Shown here: in pieces, positions 1 through 10,130 of the stretch
How the letters are laid out: the number at the start of each line of letters is the position of its first letter
Position numbering within the stretch: the stretch's first letter is position 1
Assembly: GCA_002385625.1 (NCBI GenBank)
Contig: DGDV01000039.1
Location: forward strand, 124,851-188,850
DNA: 64,000 nucleotides
Source: Firmicutes bacterium UBA3943
Lineage (GTDB): Bacteria > Bacillota > UBA4882 > UBA10575 > UBA3943
Direction of reading: 5' to 3'
Position numbers and translations under genes: made by a program
Notes under the pieces: generated by a model
Databases searched by the model: none
What the model saw: only the letters and a program-made list of their open reading frames with translations
Told to the model about the DNA's origin: nothing

Positions 1-755
1 GAATTCAAGAGTGGCTTGGCCTTTTAGGTTATTTTACCCAAGAACCCACCGGGTACTTTGGTGAAGTAACCCATGATGCGGTCAGCCGTTTTCAACAGGA
101 CAACGGACTGCTAACTGACGGAATTGTCGGTAGTGCCACCTATCAGGTGCTTTATCGCCGAGTCGGGACAGCGCTTAACCGTTCCCATAAAGTATCCTAC
201 GGGGAGAGTATTCAGTCCATTGCCGCAAGATACAATGTGAACCCTACGATGCTGCGGGAGTACAACCGCCTCAAGCCCGAGGCGACAATAACTCCGGGAC
301 AGATTTTGCGCATTCCCCCGGCAACCATTGCCAGCAGGGGACGGAGTAGTGTTAAACCGGTACCTTGGGAGGAGGTTCACAGGTTATTTAAGGTTGGCTC
401 CTTGGCCAAGGTCATTGATGTTGAGACCGGGTTATCTTTTTTCATCTATCGCCGCGGCGGGCATAAACACGCTGACTGCGAACCGTACGCAAGGGAAGAT
501 ACTGCAATAATGTTGGAGATTTATAACGGCAAGTGGAGTTGGGAGCGGCGCGCGGTGGTGGTGGAGTTCGGTTCCCACCGGATTGCGGCTTCTATGAACG
601 GGATGCCCCATGGAAATTGTGATATAAAGGATAATAACTTTGATGGCCATTTTTGCCTTCACTTTTTAGGCAGTCGAACACATAAAAGTGACCGTGTCGA
701 CCGTGACCACCAGTCAAAGCTGATGCGAGCAGCCGGGATGTTCCGATCCAATTGA
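1..755 (+). CDS. Peptidoglycan-binding (PG_binding_1 + LysM) protein, 5'-truncated by the window edge
   Basis: The frame of ORF 147..755 is open back to base 3 (IQEWLGLLGYF...TGYFGEVTHDAVSRFQQDNGLLTDGIVG, PG-binding-1 pattern). It is followed by LysM (HKVSYGESIQSIAARYNV...PGQILRIP) and a C-terminal domain with HADCEP and GHFCLHF. Confidence 0.8.
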   Translation, partial: IQEWLGLLGYFTQEPTGYFGEVTHDAVSRFQQDNGLLTDGIVGSATYQVLYRRVGTALNRSHKVSYGESIQSIAARYNVNPTMLREYNRLKPEATITPGQILRIPPATIASRGRSSVKPVPWEEVHRLFKVGSLAKVIDVETGLSFFIYRRGGHKHADCEPYAREDTAIMLEIYNGKWSWERRAVVVEFGSHRIAASMNGMPHGNCDIKDNNFDGHFCLHFLGSRTHKSDRVDRDHQSKLMRAAGMFRSN

Positions 756-761
756 AAAACA

Positions 762-786
762 GGGGAGGGGGCAACCCCTCCCTTTG
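762..786 (+). terminator. Intrinsic terminator-like hairpin
   Basis: GGGGAGGGG-GCAA-CCCCTCCCT followed by a short T run, just after the stop codon. Confidence 0.6.
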
Positions 787-859
787 CAGTTGAGGGTTGA
801 CAGTTAAAATAATCGGAGGGTAATATAATACTCTGCCTAAAATCATATGGGGGTGCGGG

Positions 860-1549
860 ATGAAGAAACTGAAGATTGCCATTGACGGGCCGGCCGGTTC
901 AGGAAAGAGTACGGTGGCCAAACGGGTGGCCGAGGCATTGAACTATATTTATGTTGATACCGGCGCCATGTACCGGGCAGTTACCTTGGCAGCCCTGCGG
1001 AAGGGCGTTTCTATGGACGATGGGGAAGGTTTGACGGAACTCTCTGCTGGGATTCAATTGGAGTTTCGCCCGGCGGAAGAGGGCAAGGGCTACCGCTTGT
1101 ACATGGACGGGGAGGATGTTCATGAAGAGATCCGCAGCCTGGAAGTGACCAACAATGTTTCTTTCGTGGCTGCCGTCGCCGGTGTCAGGCGCAATCTGGT
1201 CCGGTTGCAACAGTCGCTGACCAGCGGTGGCGGGGTGGTAATGGAAGGCCGGGACATTGGGACCGTGGTAATGCCCGATGCGGAAGTAAAGGTCTTTTTG
1301 ACAGCATCCGTGGCTGCCCGGACCCGCCGCAGGTTATTGGAGTTGCAGGCAAAAGGGATTATGGTAAATGAGGAGGAACTCCAGGCCTCCATCATTCGGC
1401 GTGACGCCATTGACAGCGGCCGAGAGGTGGACCCTCTCCGGCCGGCTCCGGACAGCTTTGAGTTGGATACGACGGAGCTGAATATCGATCAAGTGGTGGA
1501 ACGCATTCTTGCCTTGGCGCTGGCCAAGGGCGCCCGCCTTGATCAATAG
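860..1549 (+). CDS. cmk: Cytidylate kinase
   Basis: IAIDGPAGSGKST P-loop, DTGAMYRA, VMEGRDIGTVV. Confidence 0.97.
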   Translation: MKKLKIAIDGPAGSGKSTVAKRVAEALNYIYVDTGAMYRAVTLAALRKGVSMDDGEGLTELSAGIQLEFRPAEEGKGYRLYMDGEDVHEEIRSLEVTNNVSFVAAVAGVRRNLVRLQQSLTSGGGVVMEGRDIGTVVMPDAEVKVFLTASVAARTRRRLLELQAKGIMVNEEELQASIIRRDAIDSGREVDPLRPAPDSFELDTTELNIDQVVERILALALAKGARLDQ

Positions 1550-1571
1550 TTGACACAAAAGAGAGCAAAGG

Positions 1572-3683
1572 GTGGAACTGGTGGAGATAATCGTTGGGAA
1601 AAAAGCTGGTTGTTGTTTTGGCGTGCAACGTGCCATTGAACTGGCGGAGAAGACCCGCCGGGAGACTGAGGGTTTTGTCGCAACCCTTGGCCCGCTGATC
1701 CATAATCCCCGGAAGGTGCAAGAGCTTACCGATGCAGGCATTGCTAGCATTCAGGAGTTGGCAGAAGTTGCTGCTGGGACGGTGATCGTGCGTTCCCACG
1801 GGGCTGGCCCCCAGTTATTCCAAACCGCCCAAGAACGCGGCATCCGGATCGTGGATGCCACCTGTCCCTTTGTCCGGTTGGAGCAGGAATTGGCTGTGGC
1901 CCTGCGGGAAGAAGGTTACCGGGTGGTGGTTGTCGGCGATAAAAACCATCCCGAGGTGAGCACCGTCACGGAATGGGTTAATGGCGAGGCTATTGTTATT
2001 TCTCCCGCAGAATTGACAGGGCCCTTTGATAATGTAGGTAGCCGGATTGGGGTGGTTTGCCAGACCACCCAGTCCCCCGATGGTTTAAACAAGGTGGTTG
2101 CAGCCTTGTTACCCCACTGCCGGGAGATGAAGATTCATAATACAATTTGTTCCGCCACCGTCCAGCGCCAACAGGAAGTCAAGGAATTGGCCCGGGCCGC
2201 AGAACGCTTGGTGGTCATCGGTGGACGGGATTCGGCCAATACCCGTCGTTTGGCCGAGATCGGAGAGGCGCAAGGGACTATTACTTATCTGGTGGAATCC
2301 GCTGCTGAACTGGATCCGGCTTGGTTTTACGGGGTACAGACTGTAGCAGTGACTGCAGGCGCCTCAACGCCAGCTGACCAGATTCAAGAGGTTGTCCACT
2401 GGCTACAATGTTTAAAATCAGGAGGTATCGAAGGTAAGTTGGAAAGGGAAGAAAGAATGGAAAACGAGGAGCTTAAAACCGGACTGTCCGGGCAGGAGGA
2501 GAACGATTTTGGCGCGTTGCTCAATCAAGCCCCGCAGCGTTTGGAGGAGGGGATGATCCTAAAGGCCAAAGTGGTGCTGGTCCGGGATGACGCGGCCTAT
2601 GTTGACTTAGGCTGGAAGTCGGATTTGCCGATTCCCCTGGCGGAGTTGACCACCCAGCCGGGGCTGACCGCCAAGGATGTGGTAAAGGTCGGAGAAGAAA
2701 TTTATGTCATGGTCATCAAGTCCAAGGATCCGGAGGAGCCTTTTGTCCTCTCCCACCGGCGGGCGAAACAGGAACAGGTTTGGGCAGAAATCTCCGATGA
2801 TTATCGGCAAGGAGCCACGGTAAATGGGCGGGTTACCCGTGCCGTTAAAGGTGGTTTGGAGGTTGAAGTCCAAGGTATCAGGGCTTTTCTTCCGGCTTCC
2901 CAGGTGGCGTTGGAATATGTCAAGGACTTGCAGCCCTTTGTCGGGCAGGAATTAACCTGCCGGATTATTGAGTTAGATCCGGCGAAGAAACGGATGATTC
3001 TCTCCAGAAGGAGCGTGCTGGAAGAAATCAAGCAACAGGAGGAGGAGAAACTCTACGCCTCTTTATCCGAAGGCCAACGGTTGCAAGGAACAGTCACCCG
3101 GCTGGTCCCCTTTGGCGTCTTTGTGGACCTGGGTGGTGGGGTGGAAGGCCTGGTTCACCTCTCCGAGTTATCCTGGGACCGGGTTCGGGAACCCAAAGAC
3201 GTGGTGGCCGAGGGCGAAAAAGTAGAGGTTCTGGTGTTGAAGATTGACCGGTCGGCCAAACGGATCTCCCTCTCCATCAAACAGGCCAAGCCCCATCCTT
3301 GGGAGCTGGCGGCCCAGCATTATCACGAAGGTGATGTGGTGGATGGAACCGTGGTCAGGCTTACCTCTTTCGGCGCCTTTGTGCGTTTGGAACCAGGCAT
3401 TGACGGTTTGATCCATATCTCCCAGTTGGCCCACGAGCGGGTTAAAGACCCCAAAGAAGTAGTCCAGGAAGGCCAAAACGTCCGGGTGAAGGTGATTTCG
3501 GTGGATCCGGCCAGCCGCCGGATCGGGTTGAGCTTGAAGGAACTTACCCCGCCACCGGCAGCTAGCCCACAGTCGGCTGGGGAAAAGGAGACTACCTCGG
3601 AAGAGGAGGAGGTCCGTTCTTATTTGGAACAACAGGAGACCGGTGAACTCCGGTCCAGCCTGGCCGAGTTAATTAAGGGATAA
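1572..3683 (+). CDS. ispH-rpsA: Bifunctional 4-hydroxy-3-methylbut-2-enyl diphosphate reductase / ribosomal protein S1 fusion
   Basis: IspH Fe-S Cys motifs [20 protein letters not shown], plus IHN, RSHG and TAGASTP. These are followed by four S1 OB repeats ([24 protein letters not shown]). Confidence 0.95.
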   Translation: MELVEIIVGKKAGCCFGVQRAIELAEKTRRETEGFVATLGPLIHNPRKVQELTDAGIASIQELAEVAAGTVIVRSHGAGPQLFQTAQERGIRIVDATCPFVRLEQELAVALREEGYRVVVVGDKNHPEVSTVTEWVNGEAIVISPAELTGPFDNVGSRIGVVCQTTQSPDGLNKVVAALLPHCREMKIHNTICSATVQRQQEVKELARAAERLVVIGGRDSANTRRLAEIGEAQGTITYLVESAAELDPAWFYGVQTVAVTAGASTPADQIQEVVHWLQCLKSGGIEGKLEREERMENEELKTGLSGQEENDFGALLNQAPQRLEEGMILKAKVVLVRDDAAYVDLGWKSDLPIPLAELTTQPGLTAKDVVKVGEEIYVMVIKSKDPEEPFVLSHRRAKQEQVWAEISDDYRQGATVNGRVTRAVKGGLEVEVQGIRAFLPASQVALEYVKDLQPFVGQELTCRIIELDPAKKRMILSRRSVLEEIKQQEEEKLYASLSEGQRLQGTVTRLVPFGVFVDLGGGVEGLVHLSELSWDRVREPKDVVAEGEKVEVLVLKIDRSAKRISLSIKQAKPHPWELAAQHYHEGDVVDGTVVRLTSFGAFVRLEPGIDGLIHISQLAHERVKDPKEVVQEGQNVRVKVISVDPASRRIGLSLKELTPPPAASPQSAGEKETTSEEEEVRSYLEQQETGELRSSLAELIKG

Positions 3684-3720
3684 AAGCAAAATTTCAGCTA
3701 TTAAAGCCGATAAAATTACA

Positions 3721-3764
3721 GGGGCTGTCCCAAAAGGAAAAACCTTTTGCGGGCAGCCTCTTTT
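3721..3764 (+). terminator. Hairpin/terminator after ispH-rpsA
   Basis: GGCTGTCC-CAAAAGG-AAAAA-CCTTTTG-CGGGCAGCC followed by TCTTTT. Confidence 0.65.
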
Positions 3765-3808
3765 CTTGTCAGATAAAACACTGACGCAAGAAAGGGACCG
3801 GAACTTTT

Positions 3809-3837
3809 GTATAGGCGGTACCGGCTTGGGAAGACTA
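3809..3837 (+). promoter_or_regulatory. Putative forespore sigma-F/sigma-G promoter
   Basis: GTATA-N14-GGGAAGACTA upstream of DUF1614-spoIIP resembles the sigma-F consensus GYWTA-N15-GgnrAnAnTw, one base short in the spacer. Confidence 0.45.
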
Positions 3838-3864
3838 GAACGGAGATAGGGAGGGGTATAAATC

Positions 3865-4548
3865 ATGAGTCTGGGCATCATTTTGTTGGTCCTGGCGTCT
3901 CTGGTGGTTTTATTTGGCCTGGCCGAGCAGGTCTTGGACCGGCTGTATCTCAATGATAAGCAAGCCTTGCTTGTCATCGGCGGGATGGTGGTTGGCAGCT
4001 TCATTGACATCCCCTTATACCGGGGGACGCCGGGGATCTCGGTCAACCTGGGCGGCGCCATTATTCCTTTGGGTCTGGCTATTTATGTCCTAGCCAGGGC
4101 GGGTACAGCCAAGGAGCTGAGCCGGGGCATCCTTGGAGCAGTCTTGGCCGGACTTGCCGTCTATGGCGTTAGCAAGCTATATGATTTTGATACCTATATT
4201 GGTTTTATCGACCCGCAATATCTCTGGGGGATCCTGGCAGGCGGGATTGCTTATGTAATCGGGCGGTCACGGCGGCTGGCCTTTATTAGTGGTGTTTTAG
4301 GCATCATCCTTGCGGATATCGGTCATATTATTGAAACCTTTGCCCGGGGGATTCCGGCCCCCAGCCGGATCGGGGGCGGCGGCGTCTTTGATACGGTGGT
4401 CATTGCCGCGCTCATTGGCGTGCTCTTGGCGGAACTCATCGGGGAAAGCAGGGAACGGTTGCAAGGTGGGGCCGCCACTGAGCAGCGGCAGTATCCGCCG
4501 GGACTGGATGGACCGGGCGAACCGCAAGAAGGAGGGGAATCCCATTGA
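3865..4548 (+). CDS. DUF1614-family membrane protein
   Basis: Polytopic hydrophobic protein with SVNLGGAIIP and IGGGGVFD motifs. Strong RBS GGAGGGG. Confidence 0.75.
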   Translation: MSLGIILLVLASLVVLFGLAEQVLDRLYLNDKQALLVIGGMVVGSFIDIPLYRGTPGISVNLGGAIIPLGLAIYVLARAGTAKELSRGILGAVLAGLAVYGVSKLYDFDTYIGFIDPQYLWGILAGGIAYVIGRSRRLAFISGVLGIILADIGHIIETFARGIPAPSRIGGGGVFDTVVIAALIGVLLAELIGESRERLQGGAATEQRQYPPGLDGPGEPQEGGESH

Positions 4549-5669
4549 GACAACGGGCAATCATCCTTTTCATATTGGCTTTTTGGCTGGGCGCCGCCGG
4601 ACCAGCCAGGGCCGAAGAAGAACTGGTGGAACGCTATTATACCATGATTGATGACCGGGGGAAGGTGATCTGCCGGACAGCTCACAGGGTAACGCCCGGG
4701 GATGAGTATTTGGCTGCGGACAACCGGCTCTACCGTGTGGAGCGGTTGGAAGGCGAGACGGCAAGGGTCCGCTTTGTCCGCAGGGCGAGGCTGGGCTTGG
4801 CAGGGGTAAAGCCGGCCTGGAAGGCCTGGTTCTCCGCCTTGTGGGCGGTTTGGGCTGGCAAGCGGCAGGTCCAGGCCGATGAAAAAAGGCCCATCGCCAT
4901 CTTTCATACCCACAGCGATGAGTCCTATGTACCAACGGATGGCAAATCCAGTATTAAAGCAGGTGGTGGGATATATAAGGTTGGGAGTGCCATGGCCCAA
5001 AAACTCCGTGAACAGGAGATTGAGGTCATTCACGACAAAACACCCCACGACCCCCATGACGCCATGTCCTATGAACGCTCCCGGCGAACCGCCGCCAAAC
5101 TGCTGGAGAAACGGCCAGTGTGCCTTATTGATATCCATCGGGACGCGGTGCCCCGGGACGAGTATGCGGAGAGCATTAATAATACGGAAGTTACCAAGGT
5201 ACAGTTGGTTGTTGGCCGGCAAAATCCCAACCGGTCCGCCAATGAAGCCTTTGCCAAGCAGATCAAGGCTGCGGTGGACAAGAAATACCCGGGATTGATT
5301 AAGGGTATCTTTTACGGGAAGGGTAAATATAACCAGGATTTGGCTCCCCGCCTAATCTTGTTGGAAGTTGGGTCCCATACCAACAGCCGGGAGGCGGCGG
5401 AACGGGGGGCTGCCATCTTTGCCGCGGCAGCCCGGGATGTCTTGTATAACGCCGGTCGCGGGGCAGTCGGCGGGCCAATGCGGCGCGGATCTTATACTGC
5501 CTTATTCTGGCTTTTAGGTATTGCCGCCGCCGGTGTGGTGCTCTTCCTGTTGCTAAACGGTGGCGCCTTAAGTCGCCTGGGCGGGAATCTAAAGCAGGAG
5601 TTTGCCGGTGTTGGCGTCGAGGACAGGTCGGATGACGGCTCCGACAGTTCACCGGACGATCCGGGATGA
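4545..5669 (+). CDS. spoIIP: Stage II sporulation protein P (amidase/endopeptidase)
   Basis: Signal peptide, IFHTHSDESY, IDIHRDA, YNQDLAP, LLEVGSH motifs, and a C-terminal TM segment. Confidence 0.9.
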   Translation: MRQRAIILFILAFWLGAAGPARAEEELVERYYTMIDDRGKVICRTAHRVTPGDEYLAADNRLYRVERLEGETARVRFVRRARLGLAGVKPAWKAWFSALWAVWAGKRQVQADEKRPIAIFHTHSDESYVPTDGKSSIKAGGGIYKVGSAMAQKLREQEIEVIHDKTPHDPHDAMSYERSRRTAAKLLEKRPVCLIDIHRDAVPRDEYAESINNTEVTKVQLVVGRQNPNRSANEAFAKQIKAAVDKKYPGLIKGIFYGKGKYNQDLAPRLILLEVGSHTNSREAAERGAAIFAAAARDVLYNAGRGAVGGPMRRGSYTALFWLLGIAAAGVVLFLLLNGGALSRLGGNLKQEFAGVGVEDRSDDGSDSSPDDPG

Positions 5670-6082
5670 ATGTGGTTTATTACTCTACCCGGCGGGGACT
5701 TGCGCCACAGGTGGCGGCGGCCATCCATCTCCGGATCTTGCCGATGGAACACCCGCCCAACTGGTTTGAATGGCGGCGGATTCCTTACCGGCAGGGTTTT
5801 ACCGCTCGGGACTGGGGCAGGCTTGTGTTTGTGGGCTGGCGTGACGGCCACGGGATCTTTGTCATGGCATATCCCCCGCGGAATGGCCCGCTGGTGGCAA
5901 AAGTCATCAATAGTATCCAAGAACTGATGGATCCAGGCAAAACCCATTTCCAACTGGTGGATGCCGGGGCCGGCGGGGACGTCTTCCCCTGGCGGGGCCA
6001 CACCGTACCAGCAGCCGTAAGAGAACTATACCCACACCTGGTGGAACTGGTGCTAGGGGTGGAAAGGGGACTTAGGGGCTGA
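5666..6082 (+). CDS. DUF3189-like protein (degenerate N-terminal motif)
   Basis: VAAAIHL, G-x-L-x-F-x-G-x-D-x-x-G-H-x-I-F and YPHLVELV patterns. Similar to the downstream paralog. Confidence 0.55.
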   Translation: MNVVYYSTRRGLAPQVAAAIHLRILPMEHPPNWFEWRRIPYRQGFTARDWGRLVFVGWRDGHGIFVMAYPPRNGPLVAKVINSIQELMDPGKTHFQLVDAGAGGDVFPWRGHTVPAAVRELYPHLVELVLGVERGLRG

Positions 6083-6543
6083 AGATTATTTACCAGTGTT
6101 ATGGCCGCGCCCATTCATCGGTGATTGCCGCCCATTTACATCTTGGCCGCCTGCCCATGGACCGGCCGGTGCAGGTCCGGGAGATCCTCGCTTTGCCCTT
6201 GTTTGACCGGGCCCAGGCCAGTGACTTTGGTATTCCCTGCTATATGGGGACGGATACCCTGGGTCATGCGGTTTACATCATCGGTTTTGGTAGCGGCGCC
6301 AGGGAATGCAGCCAAGCCATGGAGAGTGTCCTGGGGATTATGGGCTGGGCGGGGGAGGTTTTTCTGGTGGACGTTCTGGACTGCATTGGTGTGACCGCCC
6401 GGCTTGGGGGCATGCTCTCCCGGAGATTGGGCTGGGTAAGCCTGGGCCGTCCTTTGGCGGCGTGGGGGATGCTTCGTTCGTTAGAGGGCCTGCGCCGGCT
6501 GGTGCAGAGCGTCAAGGAGGTTTTAGCAAGCCGGCATGGATAA
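6079..6543 (+). CDS. DUF3189-family protein, probable CTG start
   Basis: Extending the frame of ORF 6121..6543 upstream gives (M)KIIYQCYGRAHSSVIAAHLHLG, the family-typical N-terminus. CTG at 6079 overlaps the upstream TGA. Confidence 0.75.
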   Translation: MKIIYQCYGRAHSSVIAAHLHLGRLPMDRPVQVREILALPLFDRAQASDFGIPCYMGTDTLGHAVYIIGFGSGARECSQAMESVLGIMGWAGEVFLVDVLDCIGVTARLGGMLSRRLGWVSLGRPLAAWGMLRSLEGLRRLVQSVKEVLASRHG

Positions 6544-7102
6544 GAAACGGGTAATCATCGTCACCGACGGAGACCGGACAGCCCAGGGCGCAGTGGAAAG
6601 GGCTGCGGCCAACGTGGGTGGTCTGGCCGTCTCCGCTTCGGGTGGTAACCCCACGCCTTTATCGGCTGAGGAGATTATGGAACTGGTTTTGCAGGCGCCT
6701 CAGGAGCCGGTCCTGGTCATGGTGGATGACAGCGGGAAAAGATCTAAAGGCCCCGGGGAGCGGGTCTTGGAGCAACTGGCGAAGGATGAGCGGGTGGAGG
6801 TTTTGGGCGTGGTGGCGGTCGCTTCCAACACTGACAAGGTGGAGGGGGTGGCGGTGGATGTTTCCGTGACCCGGGAGGGTCAGCGGGTATACGGACCGGT
6901 GGATAAAGATGGGATCCCCGAACCGGCGGGCCGCTATAAGGTGGAGGGGGATACGGTAGACATCCTCAATTGCCTTGATGTCCCGGTGATTGTCGGCGTT
7001 GGCGATCTGGGCAAAATGGATGATGCAGACCGGCAGGAAGAGGGGGCCAGGATCACCACCGCTGCGGTACAAGAGGTCCTGCGCCACCATGGTCTGGCCT
7101 AA
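6536..7102 (+). CDS. spoVAE: Stage V sporulation protein AE (soluble SpoVAE type)
   Basis: VIIVTDGD, SGGNPTPLS, VLVMVDD, VVAVASNT, GDTVD, VGVGDLGKMD. Confidence 0.85.
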   Translation: MDKKRVIIVTDGDRTAQGAVERAAANVGGLAVSASGGNPTPLSAEEIMELVLQAPQEPVLVMVDDSGKRSKGPGERVLEQLAKDERVEVLGVVAVASNTDKVEGVAVDVSVTREGQRVYGPVDKDGIPEPAGRYKVEGDTVDILNCLDVPVIVGVGDLGKMDDADRQEEGARITTAAVQEVLRHHGLA

Positions 7103-7139
7103 AGTCGGGAAAGATTGGAGCAAAGGTGGGACGGACAGG

Positions 7140-8060
7140 TTGCGAATCGGAATTCCCCGGGCATTGCTCTATCATTGGTATGGGAAGGCTTGGGAGAGTT
7201 TTCTGCTGGCATGCGGCTTTACGCCGGTGGTCTCGCCGCCCACCGGCCGGCGCCAGGTGGAGTTAGGTGTCCGGGCGGCCCAGGATGAGATCTGTCTTCC
7301 TGTCAAAGTTTTTATGGGGCATGTCCGGTATTTGGCGGAAGTGGAGAAGGTGGATGCGGTGTTTGTCCCCCACCAGATCCAAGTGGAGAAGAACCGTTTT
7401 ATCTGCCCGAAATTTATGGGCTTGCCGGATATGGTGCGAGCAGTACTTCCACGGGGGATGCCCATGCTGCTCTGGCTAAACGACCGACAGCGCCATTTAT
7501 GGTCGGTCCAAGCAGTGGACGGGCAGATCCGGCGCAAGCTACCAAAAGAAAAAATCCGCCGGGCCCTGTCCCTGGCCAGGCAGGTTGCTAGCGAGCGTTG
7601 GACGGAATTGGCGCAAGCCGCCGGCAGCCAAAACCAGGGACTGCAAATCGGTGTTATTGCCCATCCTTATTGCTTGTATGATGGTCATCTCAGCATGGAT
7701 CTGCTGGGCCGGTTGCGGGCGGCCGACGTGCAAGTCCTGACCCCGGAGATGACTCCGGACCGGTGGTTGCAGGCCAAAATCCCTGGGTTAAATAAACCGC
7801 TCTTTTGGACCCTTGGCCGGCGCATCATGGCCGCAGCCCTTTATTATGCCGAACAGGGAGTGGATGGCGTCATCCATCTGGCGGCCTTTGGTTGTGGTCC
7901 CGAATCGGTGGTGGGGGAACTGGTGGCCCGGCGACTGCAGGAGCACGGGATCCCCTTGCTTGGCCTAAACTTGGATGAACATACGGGGGAGGCCGGTTTT
8001 GCCACCCGGCTGGAGGCCTTCCTGGATCTGGTGACAAGGAGGAAAAGCTGTTGCGGGTGA
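7140..8060 (+). CDS. Acyl-CoA dehydratase activase-related protein (DUF2229-like)
   Basis: TTG start giving RIGIPRALLY; EICLPVKVFMGH, FICPKFMGLPD, AFGCGPES, DEHTGEAGFATRLEAF. Confidence 0.8.
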   Translation: MRIGIPRALLYHWYGKAWESFLLACGFTPVVSPPTGRRQVELGVRAAQDEICLPVKVFMGHVRYLAEVEKVDAVFVPHQIQVEKNRFICPKFMGLPDMVRAVLPRGMPMLLWLNDRQRHLWSVQAVDGQIRRKLPKEKIRRALSLARQVASERWTELAQAAGSQNQGLQIGVIAHPYCLYDGHLSMDLLGRLRAADVQVLTPEMTPDRWLQAKIPGLNKPLFWTLGRRIMAAALYYAEQGVDGVIHLAAFGCGPESVVGELVARRLQEHGIPLLGLNLDEHTGEAGFATRLEAFLDLVTRRKSCCG

Positions 8061-9133
8061 CCTTTCCCCAAATGGCGGAGGTACAAATCTTACTGGAAAC
8101 CATCTTGCATGAATTAGGTGTGGAGACCGTGTCGCCGCCGCCGATTAATGGCGAAACCGTGGAGCTTGGGGTGAAATACGCGCCGGAGTTTATCTGTTAC
8201 CCGTTTAAAATGAACCTGGGCAATTACCTCCAAGCCCTGCAAAGGGGGGCTGACACGGTCCTGATGGCCGGTGGCTGCGGCCCATGCCGGTTTGGCAACT
8301 ATGCCGAGGTACAACAGGAGATCCTGCGGGGCCTGGGCTATGATGTGAAGTTTATCATTCTGGAGCCGCCCCGGGCCGGGGCGCCCCCCTTTTGGCGGGA
8401 GTTGCTAGCTTTCTTGGGTTGGCGTCGGATGTTAAAGCTACCGCAGGCCCTGGGTTTTGCCTGGAAGAAACTGAACGTCTTGGAGGAGATTAACCGGAAG
8501 GTCCGGTGGCTCCAGCCCCGGGAGGCGCAGGTGGGCAACGCTTTAGCCTTGTACCGGCGGTACCGGCGGCTGGCGGCCGAGGCCTCCTTGGTCAAGGATC
8601 TTGCGCTGGTACGGGAGAGTTTCCGGCAGGAGTTGGCGGCGGTACCGCGGAGGGAAGGATACCGGCCCCTCCGGATTCTGCTTGCCGGAGAAATTTATAT
8701 GGTTTTGGAACCGAATGTCAACTTCCATGTGGAAGAGACCCTGGGCCGGATGGACGTGGAAGTCCACCGGGCGATCAGTATTAGCAACTGGGTTAAGGAA
8801 AATCTCCTCCGTGGGCTGAACCGCCGGGCCGTCCAGCGACAGGCCCTGCGGGCCGAAAAGTACCTACGCTGTTTTGTCGGAGGTCATGGCCGGGAGACCG
8901 TGGCGGAGGCGGTCCATGCCGGCGTAAACGGCTACGATGGCATGGTCCAGATTATGCCCTTCACTTGTATGCCAGAGCTGGTGGCCCAGAGCATCCTGCC
9001 CGAGGTCGGCCGGGATTACCGGCTGCCGGTGATGACCCTGATCTTGGATGAACACTCCGGGGAGGCGGGGGTGTGCACCAGGTTGGAGGCTTTTGTGGAC
9101 TTAATACGGAGGGGACGGGAGAAAAGCGCATGA
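8051..9133 (+). CDS. 2-hydroxyacyl-CoA dehydratase D-component-like Fe-S protein
   Basis: PEFICYPFK, GCGPCRFGNY, PFTCMPE, DEHSGEAGVCTRLEAFVD. Confidence 0.8.
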   Translation: MRVTFPQMAEVQILLETILHELGVETVSPPPINGETVELGVKYAPEFICYPFKMNLGNYLQALQRGADTVLMAGGCGPCRFGNYAEVQQEILRGLGYDVKFIILEPPRAGAPPFWRELLAFLGWRRMLKLPQALGFAWKKLNVLEEINRKVRWLQPREAQVGNALALYRRYRRLAAEASLVKDLALVRESFRQELAAVPRREGYRPLRILLAGEIYMVLEPNVNFHVEETLGRMDVEVHRAISISNWVKENLLRGLNRRAVQRQALRAEKYLRCFVGGHGRETVAEAVHAGVNGYDGMVQIMPFTCMPELVAQSILPEVGRDYRLPVMTLILDEHSGEAGVCTRLEAFVDLIRRGREKSA

Positions 9134-10107
9134 ACAAACAAATTTGGCTTGGTGTCGATGTTGGCTCGGTCAGCACCAACCTTGTGGTACTTGATGGTGC
9201 AGGCCAGCTTATGCAGAAAATCTACATTCGCACCAACGGCGATCCCATTGGCTCCGTTCAACGAGCCCTTGACGAGTTACGCCATAGGGAAATAGAGACA
9301 GTATCTGGGCTGGGTATTACCGGCTCGGGCCGCCAGTTGATCGCTGCAGCTGTCGGCGCTGACTTGGTGAAGAATGAGATTACCGCCCACGCCGTAGCGG
9401 CCGCCCACTTTTACCCGGATGTCCAAACCATTATGGAGATTGGTGGGCAGGACTCGAAACTGATCCTGATGCGCCAGGGAGTAGCGGTGGATTTTGCCAT
9501 GAATACCGTCTGTGCCGCGGGGACCGGCTCCTTCCTGGACCAGCAGGCTGGCCGGTTGAAGCTGCCTGTGGAGCGGCTGGGGGAATTGGCTCTGCAAGCC
9601 ACCAACCCCGTGCGCATTGCCGGTCGTTGTTCGGTCTTTGCGGAATCGGACATGATCCATAAGCAGCAGATGGGGCACAGCCTGCCGGATATAGTGGCCG
9701 GGCTCTGCCTGGCCTTAGTTCGCAATTTCCTGAACAACCTGGGTAAAGGCAAGGAACTATTGCCACCCTTTGTCTTTCAAGGGGGAGTCGCCGCCAATAT
9801 CGGTATCCGCCGGGCCTTTGAGGAGGTCTTGGGGGCGGAGGTGATTGTACCTGAGCACTATGGGGTAATGGGGGCGGTGGGCGCCGCCTTGTTGGCCCGG
9901 GAGGAGATGCAAAGAAACTCGCGCCCAACGGCGTTTCGTGGTTTTGGCCTGGCTAACCGGGAGATTCATTGCGAGAGCCTGGAATGCACCTATTGCCCAA
10001 ACCACTGTGAGGTGGTCTTTCTCCAGCTGGATGGGCAAACCATCGCCGGGTGGGGCGATCGCTGCGGCCGTTGGCAAGGGGCAAAGAAGGATCTCCGTGT
10101 TGGTTGA
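9130..10107 (+). CDS. ATP-dependent acyl-CoA dehydratase activase (HgdC/BadF-type ASKHA)
   Basis: GVDVGSVST, TGSGR, EIGGQDSK, MNTVCAAGTGSFL, RCSVFAESD, FQGGVA, and a C-terminal CxxCxNxC. Confidence 0.9.
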   Translation: MNKQIWLGVDVGSVSTNLVVLDGAGQLMQKIYIRTNGDPIGSVQRALDELRHREIETVSGLGITGSGRQLIAAAVGADLVKNEITAHAVAAAHFYPDVQTIMEIGGQDSKLILMRQGVAVDFAMNTVCAAGTGSFLDQQAGRLKLPVERLGELALQATNPVRIAGRCSVFAESDMIHKQQMGHSLPDIVAGLCLALVRNFLNNLGKGKELLPPFVFQGGVAANIGIRRAFEEVLGAEVIVPEHYGVMGAVGAALLAREEMQRNSRPTAFRGFGLANREIHCESLECTYCPNHCEVVFLQLDGQTIAGWGDRCGRWQGAKKDLRVG

Positions 10108-10130
10108 CGGGGTGGGAGAAATAACTGGAG

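Noticed and set aside
3721-3764. GGCTGTCCCAAAAG...CTTTTGCGGGCAGCC palindrome as a REP or IS-end element
   Set aside because: Single copy in the window and positioned as an ordinary terminator; no transposase nearby.
4323-5222. 299-aa - strand ORF (similarly 46751..47518 and 16322..16996)
   Set aside because: Each lies entirely opposite well-supported genes (DUF1614/spoIIP, leuS, dac); codon-bias shadows.
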